Shown: in pieces, positions 1 through 12,460 of the stretch
Position numbering within the stretch: the first letter of the stretch is position 1
Layout of the letters: each line of letters starts with the position of its first letter
DNA from: an uncultured Gammaproteobacteria bacterium
GTDB lineage: Bacteria > Patescibacteriota > Patescibacteriia > JAHIZJ01
NCBI GenBank assembly: GCA_964594455.1
Contig: CAZQLY010000005.1
Location: 1,682 to 65,681 of the forward strand
DNA length: 64,000 bases
Reading direction: 5' to 3'
Notes under the pieces: model-generated
What the model saw: the letters and a program-made list of their open reading frames with translations, nothing else
The model's database searches: none
What the model was told of the DNA's origin: nothing
Translations under genes and position numbers: made by a program

Positions 1-1407
1 GAGAAATTCCTGCCCCAGCTGCCGACCTTTCAGAAAATCATGAACAACGGTGTCTATGGAAAACTAAAGACTACTATTCCTCCTCTCACTCCATGTGCCT
101 GGTCGTCTTTTATGACTGGCAAGAATCCGGGTCAACATGGTATCTACGATTTTGCCTTTCTGCAAGAGGACAAAAAACTGGGCTTGTTTGATTCGACTCA
201 GCGTAAAGATGAAGATATCTGGCAAATATTATCAGCTCAGGGATACAAATGCATAGTGTTTAATGTACCAATGACTTTCCCGGCCTATCCGATCAACGGC
301 CAAATGATAACAGATTTTACAACCCCCACCCTGGACAGCGACTTCACTTATCCCGATTCATTGAAGGGTGAGCTACTGCGAGAATTTCCTAACTATAGAA
401 TCTCAGAAAATTCAAAATATTCAGAGAACGCCAGCGATCAGCGGGAATTCCTGGATGATATTTTTGATTTGTTAGAGTTACGAACCAAGGTTTTTGATTG
501 GCTATTAACCAACAATGAGTGGCATGTTTCTATGGTGGTTTTTGGTGCTAATGATCATATCAACCATTGGTACAGAAAATATATGAACCAAGATGATTCA
601 GAATACAAAGACGCTCTGCTCAACGGTTATAAACGGACCGACGAAAAGATCAAGCAGATTATGGAAAAATATCCTGATGCTAATTTCATGTTCATGTCGG
701 ATCATGGAACAGGACCATACAATAAAGACGTTAACCTTAATCAGTGGCTGCTGGAAAACAAATATATCTATTTGAATAAAAGCCAGGGTGTCATCAAAAG
801 CCTCTTACAGAAACTGGGCTTATCCCCTTCTCGATTGATAAAAATAGCTCTCAATCTAAAGCTGTGGAAACTAATAAAGAGGCTAGGCATCAAAGATACT
901 CTGGTTAAACATACTAGCGTCACGTTTGAAGACGTTGATTGGGAAAAGACTAAAGCCTATTCGTTTGGATATTACGGTCCGATCTATATTGTTGATAATG
1001 AAAACCGAAAAAAACTGGTGACTGAATTAAAAGAAAAACTTCTCAAGATAAAGGCTCTTGATGGAAAGCCTTTGATATCAGATATTTGGACCAAGGATCA
1101 ACTTTACCACGGCCGACACGCATCAAGAATGCCAGACTTAATATTCGCCATGCAAAACTTTACTTATGGCTGTTCTAGTAGCTTCGCTTTTGGCGGCAAT
1201 CAGCTATTCACGGATCCTAAGACTTTTAAAAACGGCGATCACAGCATTTACGGAATCTTTGCCGCCTATGGACCGGACATCAAAAAAACTGGTGCCAAAT
1301 TAGAAGGGTTGAAAATAACTGATATCGCTCCTACGGTTTTGAAGATTTTTGATACTAAAATACCCGAAGACTTTGATGGACGCCCCCTAGACGAAATATT
1401 CAATTAG
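1..1407 (+). CDS. Alkaline-phosphatase-superfamily protein (type I phosphodiesterase/nucleotide pyrophosphatase-like); 5' end probably outside window
   Basis: The ORF is open in frame back to base 1 with no stop upstream of the listed Met. N-terminal motif TPCAWSSFMTGKNPGQHGI and overall pattern match AlkP/ENPP-like metalloenzymes. Confidence 0.5.
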   Translation, partial: EKFLPQLPTFQKIMNNGVYGKLKTTIPPLTPCAWSSFMTGKNPGQHGIYDFAFLQEDKKLGLFDSTQRKDEDIWQILSAQGYKCIVFNVPMTFPAYPINGQMITDFTTPTLDSDFTYPDSLKGELLREFPNYRISENSKYSENASDQREFLDDIFDLLELRTKVFDWLLTNNEWHVSMVVFGANDHINHWYRKYMNQDDSEYKDALLNGYKRTDEKIKQIMEKYPDANFMFMSDHGTGPYNKDVNLNQWLLENKYIYLNKSQGVIKSLLQKLGLSPSRLIKIALNLKLWKLIKRLGIKDTLVKHTSVTFEDVDWEKTKAYSFGYYGPIYIVDNENRKKLVTELKEKLLKIKALDGKPLISDIWTKDQLYHGRHASRMPDLIFAMQNFTYGCSSSFAFGGNQLFTDPKTFKNGDHSIYGIFAAYGPDIKKTGAKLEGLKITDIAPTVLKIFDTKIPEDFDGRPLDEIFN

Positions 1408-1424
1408 AATAAAAAAACACTTAG

Positions 1425-2486
1425 TTATACGTTACCTAGGTGTTTTTTTATTTCCTCAAGATATAAATGACTAATATATTTCCAGTTATAGTATTTCTTG
1501 GTATAAGCAGCTACCTCTTCAGATATGTTCTTTAAATTACTGCTGCCTTTCAATTCATTTATTTTGGAAATGAATTCCTCAGCTCGACCTGACTCGACTA
1601 AGAAGCCGTTTTTGCCATCAACAATCGCATCCTGTATGCCTTCAATGGACGAAGCCACGGCCGGTAATCCTCTAACTGCCGCCTCAATCAAAACAATACC
1701 AAACCCCTCAATATCTCCAGCCACTTTGATATTGGGCATAATAAACAAGTCACAGACACTGAACAACATTTCACGTGTTTCATCTGGTACTCGACCCAGT
1801 AATTTAACTTTTGAATGAAGATGTAACTCTTCTATTTTTAAACTTATTGTTTCGGCCTCAGATCCATCGCCGGCGATTAGATACAAAAAATCATCTGATA
1901 AATTCGGCATAACGTTTTCTACAAACCAGGCAGTTCCCTTTCTTTTCACTAAACGACCCAGAGAGAGCAAGATAAATTTTCCTTCAACACTTTGTTGCAA
2001 ATATCCTTCGAGATCTTTTCTGTAATATTTTTTTATCAAAGTAGGAATTTCCGTACCATTGGGTATAAAAGTACATTGGTCTCCCCTGATACCTCTTTTT
2101 ACACACTCATCAATAGTGGCCCGCCCCACAGTAAATACATGATCCATCTTTCTGATAAAAGGAACCACTGCCTTCTGATACAGCTTGTTCTGGTATGTAA
2201 TATCCAGACCGTGAACTGTAATATAAACTGGTTTTCGTGTTATTAATTTAAGTAGATAGCCAACCGGAGCCAATAAACCATCCGTTAAATAAATACAGTT
2301 AACTCCCCATGACAAAAAAAACCCTGCAACCAAGGAATAGGGCAAGAACCAAATCAGATTATATTGCTTGCCCTTTAGAGCGATAAGTCTTCGTCGGCAA
2401 GCTATATTATTGATAAGTCCATAACTGTAATTTTCCATCCCTCCAACCTGAGGTGGATATTTTCTAGTTATGAAAAGTATTTTCAT
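1425..2486 (-). CDS. Glycosyltransferase family 4 (GT-B, GT4)
   Basis: N-terminus MKILFITRKYPPQVGGMENY and C-terminal GT4-like segment (EGFGIVLIEA... GLP... S..G). Head of a co-directional glycosylation operon. Confidence 0.7.
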   Translation of the reverse strand: MKILFITRKYPPQVGGMENYSYGLINNIACRRRLIALKGKQYNLIWFLPYSLVAGFFLSWGVNCIYLTDGLLAPVGYLLKLITRKPVYITVHGLDITYQNKLYQKAVVPFIRKMDHVFTVGRATIDECVKRGIRGDQCTFIPNGTEIPTLIKKYYRKDLEGYLQQSVEGKFILLSLGRLVKRKGTAWFVENVMPNLSDDFLYLIAGDGSEAETISLKIEELHLHSKVKLLGRVPDETREMLFSVCDLFIMPNIKVAGDIEGFGIVLIEAAVRGLPAVASSIEGIQDAIVDGKNGFLVESGRAEEFISKINELKGSSNLKNISEEVAAYTKKYYNWKYISHLYLEEIKKHLGNV

Positions 2487-3433
2487 TTTTTCAATGCTTC
2501 TTTCTTTTGTCGGTATAATATCTCTTCCTGCATTTTTCTATTCCAGCCAATGGCTGAAGCTATCAGGCCCAAGATAAACACCTGGAATCCTAATAGTATC
2601 AATATAGCTGCAATCACCAGTGACTGAATATGACCTTTGCCCTCATCAGCGGTAAAAAAGTAAAAATAGAGAAAACGTAATATCAGAAAAAAACCAGGCA
2701 GAAAAATCACCAAACCCAACCCCGACATCACTCTGAGCGGTTTATAGATGGTGAAGACTCGGGAAATAACTATCAAAGATTTAACCAGGTGCTTTGGTAT
2801 GCTAGAAATAAGCCGAGACTTACGAGTAACCTTGCGGGCTTTGATAGGTACCGAGGTTATTTTCATGTTATGGTCCAGGGCTTGAATCAGGGTTTCGTGA
2901 GTATAAGTATGTTTAGACAAAATTGAAATACGCAGGGCTGCTTCACGGTTGTATGCCCGAAAACCGCTTGATACGTCCAGGGTCTTTTTTAAACCGATTA
3001 ATCTAGAAACGCAGTAACTGCCAAACAGGTTTAAATATTTATTGGCCGCTGGCATATATTCTAAGTTTTTTACTTCCCTATCTCCGATTACCACGTCAGC
3101 CTTCTTTCCCAACAACGGCTGGATCAAATCCGGAATACGGGATTGATTATAATGATTATCGCCATCAGTGTTTACAATAATATCAGCCCCACGCTGCAAG
3201 GCTTCCTGAATCAGGCGTTGAAAGGTATAGGCCAGTTTCTTATTAGTACCATTTGATAAAACATAATCAGCCCCAGCCGAACGAGCCAGATCCATTGTAT
3301 TGTCTGTGGAGCCGTCGTCCAATACCATAACTTCAACCTTTTCAATACCAGGTATTTGGCGCGGGATTTCCCGAATCACAGTCTCAATATTTTCTGCCTC
3401 GTTATAGGCAGGGATGGTGACTATTAACTTCAT
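2483..3433 (-). CDS. Glycosyltransferase family 2, polyprenol-phosphate mannosyl/glucosyl-transferase-like (DPM1/GtrB-like) with C-terminal TM segment
   Basis: TIPAYNEAENI...VLDDGSTD... DGD motif. Hydrophobic C-terminal helices. 4-nt overlap with the next gene. Confidence 0.7.
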   Translation of the reverse strand: MKLIVTIPAYNEAENIETVIREIPRQIPGIEKVEVMVLDDGSTDNTMDLARSAGADYVLSNGTNKKLAYTFQRLIQEALQRGADIIVNTDGDNHYNQSRIPDLIQPLLGKKADVVIGDREVKNLEYMPAANKYLNLFGSYCVSRLIGLKKTLDVSSGFRAYNREAALRISILSKHTYTHETLIQALDHNMKITSVPIKARKVTRKSRLISSIPKHLVKSLIVISRVFTIYKPLRVMSGLGLVIFLPGFFLILRFLYFYFFTADEGKGHIQSLVIAAILILLGFQVFILGLIASAIGWNRKMQEEILYRQKKEALKK

Positions 3434-3443
3434 AAAATTGGGC

Positions 3444-4727
<1,284 letters not shown>

Positions 4728-4792
4728 AAATTATGTTTTTTATTAATTATCATCCCAATACCAACAAACTTAACCCAGCTAATTATACAGAG

Positions 4793-5971
4793 TTAACGCT
4801 TGTTCTTGCCAATATACTTCTTTAATACCGGGACCATATCAGTTTTTTCCCAGGTAAATCCAGCTTCATTGCGGCCGAAATGCCCATAGGCAGCAGTCTG
4901 TTTATAGATTGGTCTTTTTAAGTTAAGCTTCTTGATGATTCCAGCTGGTGTCAGATCAAAGTGTCGGCGAACAATCTTCTCTAGCTTAGAATTTGATAGC
5001 TGGCTGGTACCGAACGAATTAATCAATATACTAATCGGGTCAGCATAACCAATAACATAGGCGATCTGGACCTCACACTTCTTAGCTAAACCAGCAGCTA
5101 CTAGATTTTTGGCAACATAACGGGCCATATATGAAGCGGAGCGATCAACTTTGGAGGGATCCTTGCCAGAAAAGCATCCGCCGCCGTGGCTGCCATGACC
5201 GCCGTAGGTATCGACAATGATTTTACGACCGGTTAAACCGGCGTCAGCTGGAGGTCCGCCTTTGACGAATTTGCCGGTAGCATTGACAAATACTCTGGTT
5301 TTGGAATCAAAATATTTTCTAGCAACTGGTTTAATAACCTTTTGAGTAATGTCTCGTTCCAGCTTTTTCATATTAACCCCTTCGTCATGCTGGGTAGCCA
5401 GTACTACAGTATCAATTCGCTTAGGCTTGCCATCAACATATTCAACTGCTACTGCTGTTTTGCCATCAGGACCTAGGTAGGGCAGTGTTTTGTTTTTACG
5501 CACCTGGGCTAGACGGCGGGCCATCTTATGGGATAAGACAATCGGCAAAGGCATATATTCCGGAGTTTCGTCAGTAGCAAAGCCAAACATTAAGCCTTGA
5601 TCGCCCGCGCCCTGCTTCTTAAACTTACCCTTGCCTGCATCAACTCCTTGAGCAATATCGGGGCTTTGTTCGTCGATGGCTAAAACCACGCCGCAGTCTT
5701 CCCAATGAAAACCATATTCATGATTATCATATCCGATATCTCGAATTGTTTCTCTAACTATTTTCTGGACATCTACATAGCCCTTGGTTCTTATTTCACC
5801 AGCTACAACGACTAAGCCAGTGGTGGCCAAAACCTCACAACCGGAATGGCTTTCCGCGTCTTGGCGTAATAATTCGTCTAAAATAGCATCAGATATTTGA
5901 TCACATACTTTATCCGGATGCCCCTCAGTAACAGATTCTGAGGTAAAAATGTAACGTTCTTTGCTTTTCAT
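4793..5971 (-). CDS. metK: S-adenosylmethionine synthetase
   Basis: [24 protein letters not shown] and [16 protein letters not shown] MetK signature motifs. Confidence 0.95.
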   Translation of the reverse strand: MKSKERYIFTSESVTEGHPDKVCDQISDAILDELLRQDAESHSGCEVLATTGLVVVAGEIRTKGYVDVQKIVRETIRDIGYDNHEYGFHWEDCGVVLAIDEQSPDIAQGVDAGKGKFKKQGAGDQGLMFGFATDETPEYMPLPIVLSHKMARRLAQVRKNKTLPYLGPDGKTAVAVEYVDGKPKRIDTVVLATQHDEGVNMKKLERDITQKVIKPVARKYFDSKTRVFVNATGKFVKGGPPADAGLTGRKIIVDTYGGHGSHGGGCFSGKDPSKVDRSASYMARYVAKNLVAAGLAKKCEVQIAYVIGYADPISILINSFGTSQLSNSKLEKIVRRHFDLTPAGIIKKLNLKRPIYKQTAAYGHFGRNEAGFTWEKTDMVPVLKKYIGKNKR

Positions 5972-5990
5972 TTTTACTCCTGTTTATTTA

Positions 5991-7016
5991 TTATATTTTT
6001 ACGTCGTTTAATCCAATGACTCGACTTCCTTTCATGTCATCGATGGTGAGTTTTAAGCCCTCCTCTAAGGGAACCACTGGGAACCAGCCAAGCTTATTCT
6101 TTGCCAAGTCAATGTCAGGTACTCCCCTGTGATGAGTATAGGGTGATTCTTCTTCGTAAATTATTTCGGAATTAGATTCTGACACGGTCTTAACTTTTTC
6201 GGCAATCTCACTTAAACGCACTGGTGATGAGTTTCCAATATTTATCGGGCCACCTAATTCTGATCCCATCATTCTATGGATTGCTTCAATTACATCTGTG
6301 ATATAACAAATGGCTGTCACGTCATCTGGTTGGGCATAGACTACCATTTTCTCACCAGTTAAAGCTTTTGAGACCAATCTTGGTATCATACGGTTGTCAC
6401 TCAAGCTCATTCTAGGGCCGTAGGTTTGAAAGAGCCTTATTATTCGAGTATCAACCTTGAATTTTTCGCAATATATTTTTATTAATGTCTCAGCGTACCT
6501 TTTTCCTTCATCGTAACAGCTACGTTCACCCAGATGATCGACAAAACCCCAATAGTCCTCTTTAAAAACTTTACCGTTTTTTTCTATTGGCCAGCCATAG
6601 ACTGCTGAGCTGGAGGTAAAAATAAACCGAGCATGGTACTTCACCGCTAAGTCAAGGGCATTGCGCGTCCCTACCCCATTGGTAAGTATGGTGGCTACCT
6701 GATGCTCATGTTTTTCATAATGTGAAGTAGGGCAAGCCAAATGGTAAATATCTTGAATTCCGTGAAATGGAATTTTAAACTTTTTCAAGCCTGGTGAAGA
6801 TTCAAGATCTATCGGGTCTACTAAATCGTGTTTTACAAATTCAAAATTAGGCAAGTGGAGAAGGTGTTCAATATTATTGATGTTACCACTAATGAAATTA
6901 TCAATACATATAACATTGGCATTCTTTACCAAAGAATCACAAAGATGACTACCAATAAATCCGGCCCCGCCGGTAACTATAATATTTTTCTTTTGGACAA
7001 GGTCAGCTATAGACAT
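5991..7016 (-). CDS. NAD-dependent epimerase/dehydratase, UDP-glucuronate decarboxylase (UDP-xylose synthase)-like
   Basis: GGAGFIGSH Rossmann motif plus YHLACPTS, SCYDEGKRYAETL and RLFQTYGPRM, which resemble UXS. Adjacent to ugd, which supplies its substrate. Confidence 0.65.
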   Translation of the reverse strand: MSIADLVQKKNIIVTGGAGFIGSHLCDSLVKNANVICIDNFISGNINNIEHLLHLPNFEFVKHDLVDPIDLESSPGLKKFKIPFHGIQDIYHLACPTSHYEKHEHQVATILTNGVGTRNALDLAVKYHARFIFTSSSAVYGWPIEKNGKVFKEDYWGFVDHLGERSCYDEGKRYAETLIKIYCEKFKVDTRIIRLFQTYGPRMSLSDNRMIPRLVSKALTGEKMVVYAQPDDVTAICYITDVIEAIHRMMGSELGGPINIGNSSPVRLSEIAEKVKTVSESNSEIIYEEESPYTHHRGVPDIDLAKNKLGWFPVVPLEEGLKLTIDDMKGSRVIGLNDVKI

Positions 7017-7017
7017 A

Positions 7018-7740
7018 TTATTTAAATAAATGATGAAATCTAACTTTGATAAGCGATAAAAACATATTGAGACTGGTTTTAATCAATTTTCCAGTTGAGC
7101 CAAGCATTTCAGAGCTCGATTGGTCAACCCAAATAGTTGGAACCTCTTTTAACTTATACCCAGCCTGTTTGACAAGTAATAGTAATTCCACATCAAAAGC
7201 CATATTTTTTACTTTTAATTTTGGCACAATTTTTTCTATCACCTCGCGTTTAAACAGTTTCGCTCCACACTGTGTGTCCCGAACCGGCAGCCAAAATAAT
7301 AATTTATTGATAATATAAAAACCTTGGCTTACTATAGTCCTGAGTGGGGATGTCCGACCAACCACTTGAGCTCCTTTGAGCCAGCGTGAAGCTATCGCAC
7401 AATCATATTCATCGTGGAGTATGGTTTCAACCAACTTTCGAAATTCAGCTGGGCTGGTAGCGCCATCAGCATCGACAAATCCTACTAATTCGCCTTTGGC
7501 AATCTTGAAGCCTTCTTGAACGGCTAATCCTTTTCCGCCCTCCTTAATATTATGGATAACAATTTCATCTTCCAATTCCTCCTGGGCTTGTTGCACTACT
7601 CCTAGAGTATTGTCAGTACAACCGTTAGGTACAATTATCAACTCCTTATTCCCCGGATAGAAATCCTTTACGTATTGATCCAACGTGCGCCGTATCCTTT
7701 TTTCTTCGTTGTAGGCTGGGATTATTAGTGAGACTAACAT
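7018..7740 (-). CDS. Glycosyltransferase family 2
   Basis: LIIPAYNEEKRI... VDADG GT2 DxD signature. Confidence 0.7.
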   Translation of the reverse strand: MLVSLIIPAYNEEKRIRRTLDQYVKDFYPGNKELIIVPNGCTDNTLGVVQQAQEELEDEIVIHNIKEGGKGLAVQEGFKIAKGELVGFVDADGATSPAEFRKLVETILHDEYDCAIASRWLKGAQVVGRTSPLRTIVSQGFYIINKLLFWLPVRDTQCGAKLFKREVIEKIVPKLKVKNMAFDVELLLLVKQAGYKLKEVPTIWVDQSSSEMLGSTGKLIKTSLNMFLSLIKVRFHHLFK

Positions 7741-7746
7741 GGTAAT

Positions 7747-8982
7747 TTATTTTAAGGCGTTAAGCTCGGATTCTATAATGACTGTTTCGGAGTCACGAAC
7801 AATTTCCAGCTTAATTTTTGCTCCAGGGGTTTGATCCTGAACAAGGTCAGTCAATGTGTTTGACCGGTCTATATTAATTCCATTTACCTTCAATATTACA
7901 TCATTCTTGGTTAATCCGGCTTCAGCCGCAGCGCTATTATCCGCCACCGTAGGAAATCCAGCTTCTAGATCTCCATACAATAAAGCTCCCTGCTTTTTAC
8001 CTTGGGAATAAAGAGTAGAAATATTTGCGACAGTCGTTAAATCAATATAATGAACCCCCAATGAAGAGCGAATAACTTCACCATTTTTTAATAAGCTTGT
8101 TAAGCCACCACGTATTTGAAAGGCCGGCACCAGCTCGCTGGTAGGCCAATCCGCTGAAGCTACCAAGCCTACAACCCTCCCAGATAGATCAACTGCTACT
8201 GCCCCTTGATAGTCCTCTGACACTTCGTTGGAAACTAAAGTACGCCTCTGATAGCTGTCACTTGATTCTAGATAATCAGCCTCGGACGACAATACTATGT
8301 GCTGTTGTTGTATTATAGATGAAGGCAATATCATGGGTAGTGTGCCTTCATTTCTAGTCAACAGATAAATAGACTGAGTGAGTATGCTTTCTTCCCGATC
8401 AACAAATTCTACCACTGGAAGATTTTCGGCTCCTATTTTCACGAAGTAAATTGGGGTAACGGCATCGGCCATTATTTTTTCAATCTTATAAACCTCGTTA
8501 TCAGAAGTCACTGCAACATAAGATTGAGATAAATCTGGAGTGGCCCAACGCGGGATAGCTATCCAGCCATCGCTGGTTACTGCCAAACCGGTTGATAGTT
8601 GATCCCAGGGATTATATAGGCTACTGCGAGGATCGTTCACAGCAGTCGGCTCTTCGTTTTCCAAGAATATCCCCACAATAGCTGAAGATAATGAATCAAT
8701 AATCTTTGCTGAGTCAGTTGTCTGCTGGGCGTTATTTCTCTGACCTACTTGTACAGAAGTAATGCCGGTCGACTGACCACTATCACCAAAATAGTTATAA
8801 AAGAAGTAACCACCGAAAAAACCCGAAAAAATACCAATTACTATAGCTAGGATGATTATAAAAACCCGGCCGTTGCGAAACGACGGTTTATGTATTTCTT
8901 GGAGGCTTTTATCATTATAAAGCTTTTCAATGTCTTTCATTTTTTTTGCTTTGGGTGAGGTCGGTGAAGGTTTTACTTCCAT
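7747..8982 (-). CDS. Membrane-anchored HtrA-like (trypsin-fold) protein with C-terminal PDZ domain; catalytic triad apparently degenerate
   Basis: N-terminal TM helix, S1C-like middle region and a C-terminal PDZ-like segment (GALLYGDLEAGFPTVADNSAAAEAGLTKNDVILKVNG). The canonical GNSGGP serine motif reads DYQGAVAV, and no TNNHV-type histidine was found. Confidence 0.45.
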   Translation of the reverse strand: MEVKPSPTSPKAKKMKDIEKLYNDKSLQEIHKPSFRNGRVFIIILAIVIGIFSGFFGGYFFYNYFGDSGQSTGITSVQVGQRNNAQQTTDSAKIIDSLSSAIVGIFLENEEPTAVNDPRSSLYNPWDQLSTGLAVTSDGWIAIPRWATPDLSQSYVAVTSDNEVYKIEKIMADAVTPIYFVKIGAENLPVVEFVDREESILTQSIYLLTRNEGTLPMILPSSIIQQQHIVLSSEADYLESSDSYQRRTLVSNEVSEDYQGAVAVDLSGRVVGLVASADWPTSELVPAFQIRGGLTSLLKNGEVIRSSLGVHYIDLTTVANISTLYSQGKKQGALLYGDLEAGFPTVADNSAAAEAGLTKNDVILKVNGINIDRSNTLTDLVQDQTPGAKIKLEIVRDSETVIIESELNALK

Positions 8983-8998
8983 GGTTTTACAAAAATTG

Positions 8999-9760
8999 TT
9001 ATATCCATCTGGCTGTAACTACAGTTAATAATAACACACTTACACTAATAACTAAATAGCGTATTACTACCGATTTATATAGTTTTTCCAGATAAAAATA
9101 CCGACCTAAATTCACCATTGCATAGTAAACCACAGTGACAATCAACGCATTAACCAAGAAGCTTGAGGGTAAAAAACTAATTGCCCAAAATACTTCAAAT
9201 CCCACCAGACCGGTAATAGCCGAGAAGCCCCAGGCTTGGGCAGCTAGTATTTTGTTTACCCATAAAGTCTGTAGAGAAAGCACTGTGATTACAACAAACA
9301 TAAAAATACTCAAGAGCCAATTTGGCCAGGCTAAATAAAGTATCAAGCTGTAAAAGGTGCCCGCTAGTGTAAATACTGACACTAAGTTCAAATAACTGGA
9401 AATGTTTTGCAAAGCATTAACCTGATATTTTTCTGTCCGGAAATGATAATAATATATTTGCGTTAAAGTAATAGTATTTAATATCAATGTGGTGACAATA
9501 ATAGATTGCCTGATCAATTCACCCGAGATGAAGAAAATAAAAAAGTAGGCTCCACTGTTAAAAAATATCAGACTAATGAGTAGGGCTAGGCGCACCATCC
9601 CCAATCCTCTTTTGGAAATTATTATTACACTACCGACAATTATCACCAAGGCCGCGATCCAAATATAAAAAATGTAGTCAGTATACTTTAATAACGCCTC
9701 GTAAACCAAAGCTAAACAAATTGGGGCAACAATCGGTATTGGTCTTTTTAATATCAACAT
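8999..9760 (-). CDS. Polytopic membrane protein (about 8 TM), unknown function
   Basis: Long hydrophobic segments throughout. No recognisable motif. Confidence 0.4.
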   Translation of the reverse strand: MLILKRPIPIVAPICLALVYEALLKYTDYIFYIWIAALVIIVGSVIIISKRGLGMVRLALLISLIFFNSGAYFFIFFISGELIRQSIIVTTLILNTITLTQIYYYHFRTEKYQVNALQNISSYLNLVSVFTLAGTFYSLILYLAWPNWLLSIFMFVVITVLSLQTLWVNKILAAQAWGFSAITGLVGFEVFWAISFLPSSFLVNALIVTVVYYAMVNLGRYFYLEKLYKSVVIRYLVISVSVLLLTVVTARWI

Positions 9761-9763
9761 ATT

Positions 9764-10462
9764 TTATAAAGGTAATACGGAATTTACTATTCGGCCCACA
9801 AAAATAACTTCTTGCGGACGTAATTCCACAGCATTTAATAATATATATTCCTGTAATGCATCATTGAACTTCTGCCAGGGGTCACCAATCACATCAGAGA
9901 TTATATATTCTACCATACTTGAAGGCATTGTTAATCGTTCAAATTTCGACTTGACCACCTTGAGTTGTAATTCACCGAGTTCTATCTCGGGTACTACGTT
10001 CATTGAAAACAAGTAAGTACGCTTATCAGTCACTACTTCACCAAAAAACTCAATTGAGTCATTTGCGATCGCGGCCTGCACATTCCTGAAAGGTAGGTCT
10101 CTATTGGCCTCAAGGGCTTGAGCGATCAGGGCTGTTAACTCCCCCTCACTCAGGGCAACTGATCCTTCAAGTCCGGTGGAGAGTTCCATTCTTCCGGAAA
10201 CCCTATCTCCTATATCCCCCACTTCAGCTTCCACTTTTCTAATCGGCTGGATTGGTCTGTAAAAAATCTGGGTAAAAACCGGGACTTCAATTAAGCCAAG
10301 ATAACATAGCCAAGCCACTAAACTACCTAACAGTAATACCAGAAAAAACAATATTCTTGTTAAACAACTTTTCGGGAATAATATTTTTTTGAAGATACTG
10401 GCCGTTTTTCTCTTTTTTGATAAAGACTCTTTAGTTGGATCGGGTCGTTCTACTCTCGCCAT
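9764..10462 (-). CDS. Membrane-anchored hypothetical protein
   Basis: Basic N-terminus followed by one TM helix, then a soluble domain. In-operon spacing. Confidence 0.4.
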   Translation of the reverse strand: MARVERPDPTKESLSKKRKTASIFKKILFPKSCLTRILFFLVLLLGSLVAWLCYLGLIEVPVFTQIFYRPIQPIRKVEAEVGDIGDRVSGRMELSTGLEGSVALSEGELTALIAQALEANRDLPFRNVQAAIANDSIEFFGEVVTDKRTYLFSMNVVPEIELGELQLKVVKSKFERLTMPSSMVEYIISDVIGDPWQKFNDALQEYILLNAVELRPQEVIFVGRIVNSVLPL

Positions 10463-10480
10463 ATCATTAATTAAGCAGCA

Positions 10481-11575
10481 TTATTGGATTGAAGAATTTT
10501 TTGGCAACGCCAGCCAGTTGTTGCCTGATCGAGTAAGCGCCTCTCGATAATTACCTTTTGAATTCATTTTCCAAATTTGCACTTTACGATTACCGCTGGA
10601 TAAATCCAAAGTGTTATACAAAATATCGCCGTTCTCAGTCCGTGACCATCTAGCTGATATGCCGTTGTTGATTAATTGTTCCCACTGACTGCCGTCGACT
10701 CTAACGTGGCCGATATTTCCTAGAAGAGCATCTTGATCTATTACTTGAGTATAGAGAATAATCTGACTGTCAGCTGACAGGTCCAGAGTCCAGTCTCCTA
10801 CATCAGCTATTTTTGGCATTTCAATAATGACCGACTCGTTCTGTCCACGCAAGTCATTGGCTTTGATCCTAAAATTGTTTTCTTCTTCAACTATATAATA
10901 AACTTTTTCGCCTGCGATAGAAAAGATCGGGGCATATGTAACACCCGATACGATCAGTAAAGGGTCAGTTGTCACCCCAGTACGCAGAATCTCCGAATAA
11001 TATGTCCCTGACCTAGTATTGTATACCATTCTCCGGCTGTCGGGTGATATTTGTATTGATAAAACACCGTCACTTATGGGCCGCACCTCATGACTGTCCA
11101 AATGAACCAAAAAACTTCTCAGGCTTCCATCCATACTCTTAGTATCAGAAACCGAATAGACTGCATAGTGGCCGTTGGGAGCCGCCGTTAACTGCTTGGG
11201 TATATCTCTGAGAGCTAGGACAAAATCTTTCTCATTAGAATCAATAGTATACTTCCAAAGTTTAAAAAACTCTTCCTCTCTTGAGAAATACAAAAGAGTA
11301 TTATCACCTATCATCACGGGTAGCAACTGATCGCTGCTATTTGGAACTACAGCTACTGACCGATCACGATACTCTTGATAAGTATAAATATTCCATAGGC
11401 CTGTTTGGTCCGAAATAAAAGGCTGTATCGGCTCTGAGGTCAGTAAATCAACTGTTTCTCTTTGAACAATATGGCCTTTTACTTCCCCTGTCTCCCCTTC
11501 TGACTCCAACCACCAATAAACCAGGCCGGCCAGGCTTATTACTGCGATAACTAATATCAATATCCGTTTAACCAT
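10481..11575 (-). CDS. Membrane-anchored hypothetical protein, possible beta-propeller ectodomain
   Basis: N-terminal TM helix. Repetitive beta-rich segments with recurring aromatic/Ser/Asp pattern. Weak call. Confidence 0.35.
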   Translation of the reverse strand: MVKRILILVIAVISLAGLVYWWLESEGETGEVKGHIVQRETVDLLTSEPIQPFISDQTGLWNIYTYQEYRDRSVAVVPNSSDQLLPVMIGDNTLLYFSREEEFFKLWKYTIDSNEKDFVLALRDIPKQLTAAPNGHYAVYSVSDTKSMDGSLRSFLVHLDSHEVRPISDGVLSIQISPDSRRMVYNTRSGTYYSEILRTGVTTDPLLIVSGVTYAPIFSIAGEKVYYIVEEENNFRIKANDLRGQNESVIIEMPKIADVGDWTLDLSADSQIILYTQVIDQDALLGNIGHVRVDGSQWEQLINNGISARWSRTENGDILYNTLDLSSGNRKVQIWKMNSKGNYREALTRSGNNWLALPKNSSIQ

Positions 11576-11629
11576 AATTATATTTCTAACCTAATGCTGT
11601 TTTTTGTCAATATACGAAATACCCTCTTT

Positions 11630-12451
11630 TTATTTATTTCCTTTTTCCAAAAAACATTTATCAAAATTAGGGTTATCTTTCCATTTACATTGTCCACTAA
11701 CACAGCCACAGGAAGTGTACTGATAGCATTCATAATAAGGCCGAGCCAGGCAAGGACTGACTACTGACTCCACTAGCCCCTTGACCCCACATACTTCGCT
11801 GGAACACCCACCGATCGCACAATCTGAATCTGAGTTACATTCGTCTCTGGCTTTAGAAATAATAGTAAACTTCTCTTTGGTAACTTGTCCGTCAGCGTCA
11901 GTTATTAATACATGGTAAGTTCCAGACGGCACTAAGCTAGATTCTTCATGAGAAATAGTTTTACCCTGGCACTCCTCTTGGATAGACCAAAATATATTCT
12001 GGTCCCAGCTAAACGTGCCTGATACTTTTTTGACCCCGCAGTCAATCGCATCACTGCAGCGATCATCAGTGTTTTCAACAATAATCTCTCCGGCCTGACA
12101 ATACAGATCCACGCCGCGTCCCACTATTCCTGCGCAGGAGTGTTTTATATTTAAACTTTCACCTTCACTATCGGTAATTTGATAAGGTAAGAAATCAGAA
12201 CAATACTCTACTAGGTAATTACTTAATGTGAATTCCACCGTTTCTCCAGATACATAGGTTTTTTTAGTCAGCTCAATACTGCCCTCACCCGACTCGGTAT
12301 TGGAATCGCTGTCAGTGGTTGTTTCATTATCAACCGTACTATTTGATGTATCACCACTTTCAGACTCTTGATTAAAGACTAAAGCAACAACAACCCCAAC
12401 CCAACCTAGGAATAAAATTGTTATTACCGTATATAATACTTTTTTATTCAT
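11630..12451 (-). CDS. Secreted Thr/Ser/Asp-rich, cysteine-rich protein
   Basis: Signal/TM N-terminus, a low-complexity TTDSDSNTESGEG linker and more than 20 Cys, including a C-terminal cluster CNSDSDCAIGGCSSEVCG...CGCVSGQCKWK. Confidence 0.4.
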   Translation of the reverse strand: MNKKVLYTVITILFLGWVGVVVALVFNQESESGDTSNSTVDNETTTDSDSNTESGEGSIELTKKTYVSGETVEFTLSNYLVEYCSDFLPYQITDSEGESLNIKHSCAGIVGRGVDLYCQAGEIIVENTDDRCSDAIDCGVKKVSGTFSWDQNIFWSIQEECQGKTISHEESSLVPSGTYHVLITDADGQVTKEKFTIISKARDECNSDSDCAIGGCSSEVCGVKGLVESVVSPCLARPYYECYQYTSCGCVSGQCKWKDNPNFDKCFLEKGNK

Positions 12452-12460
12452 TTGTTGATC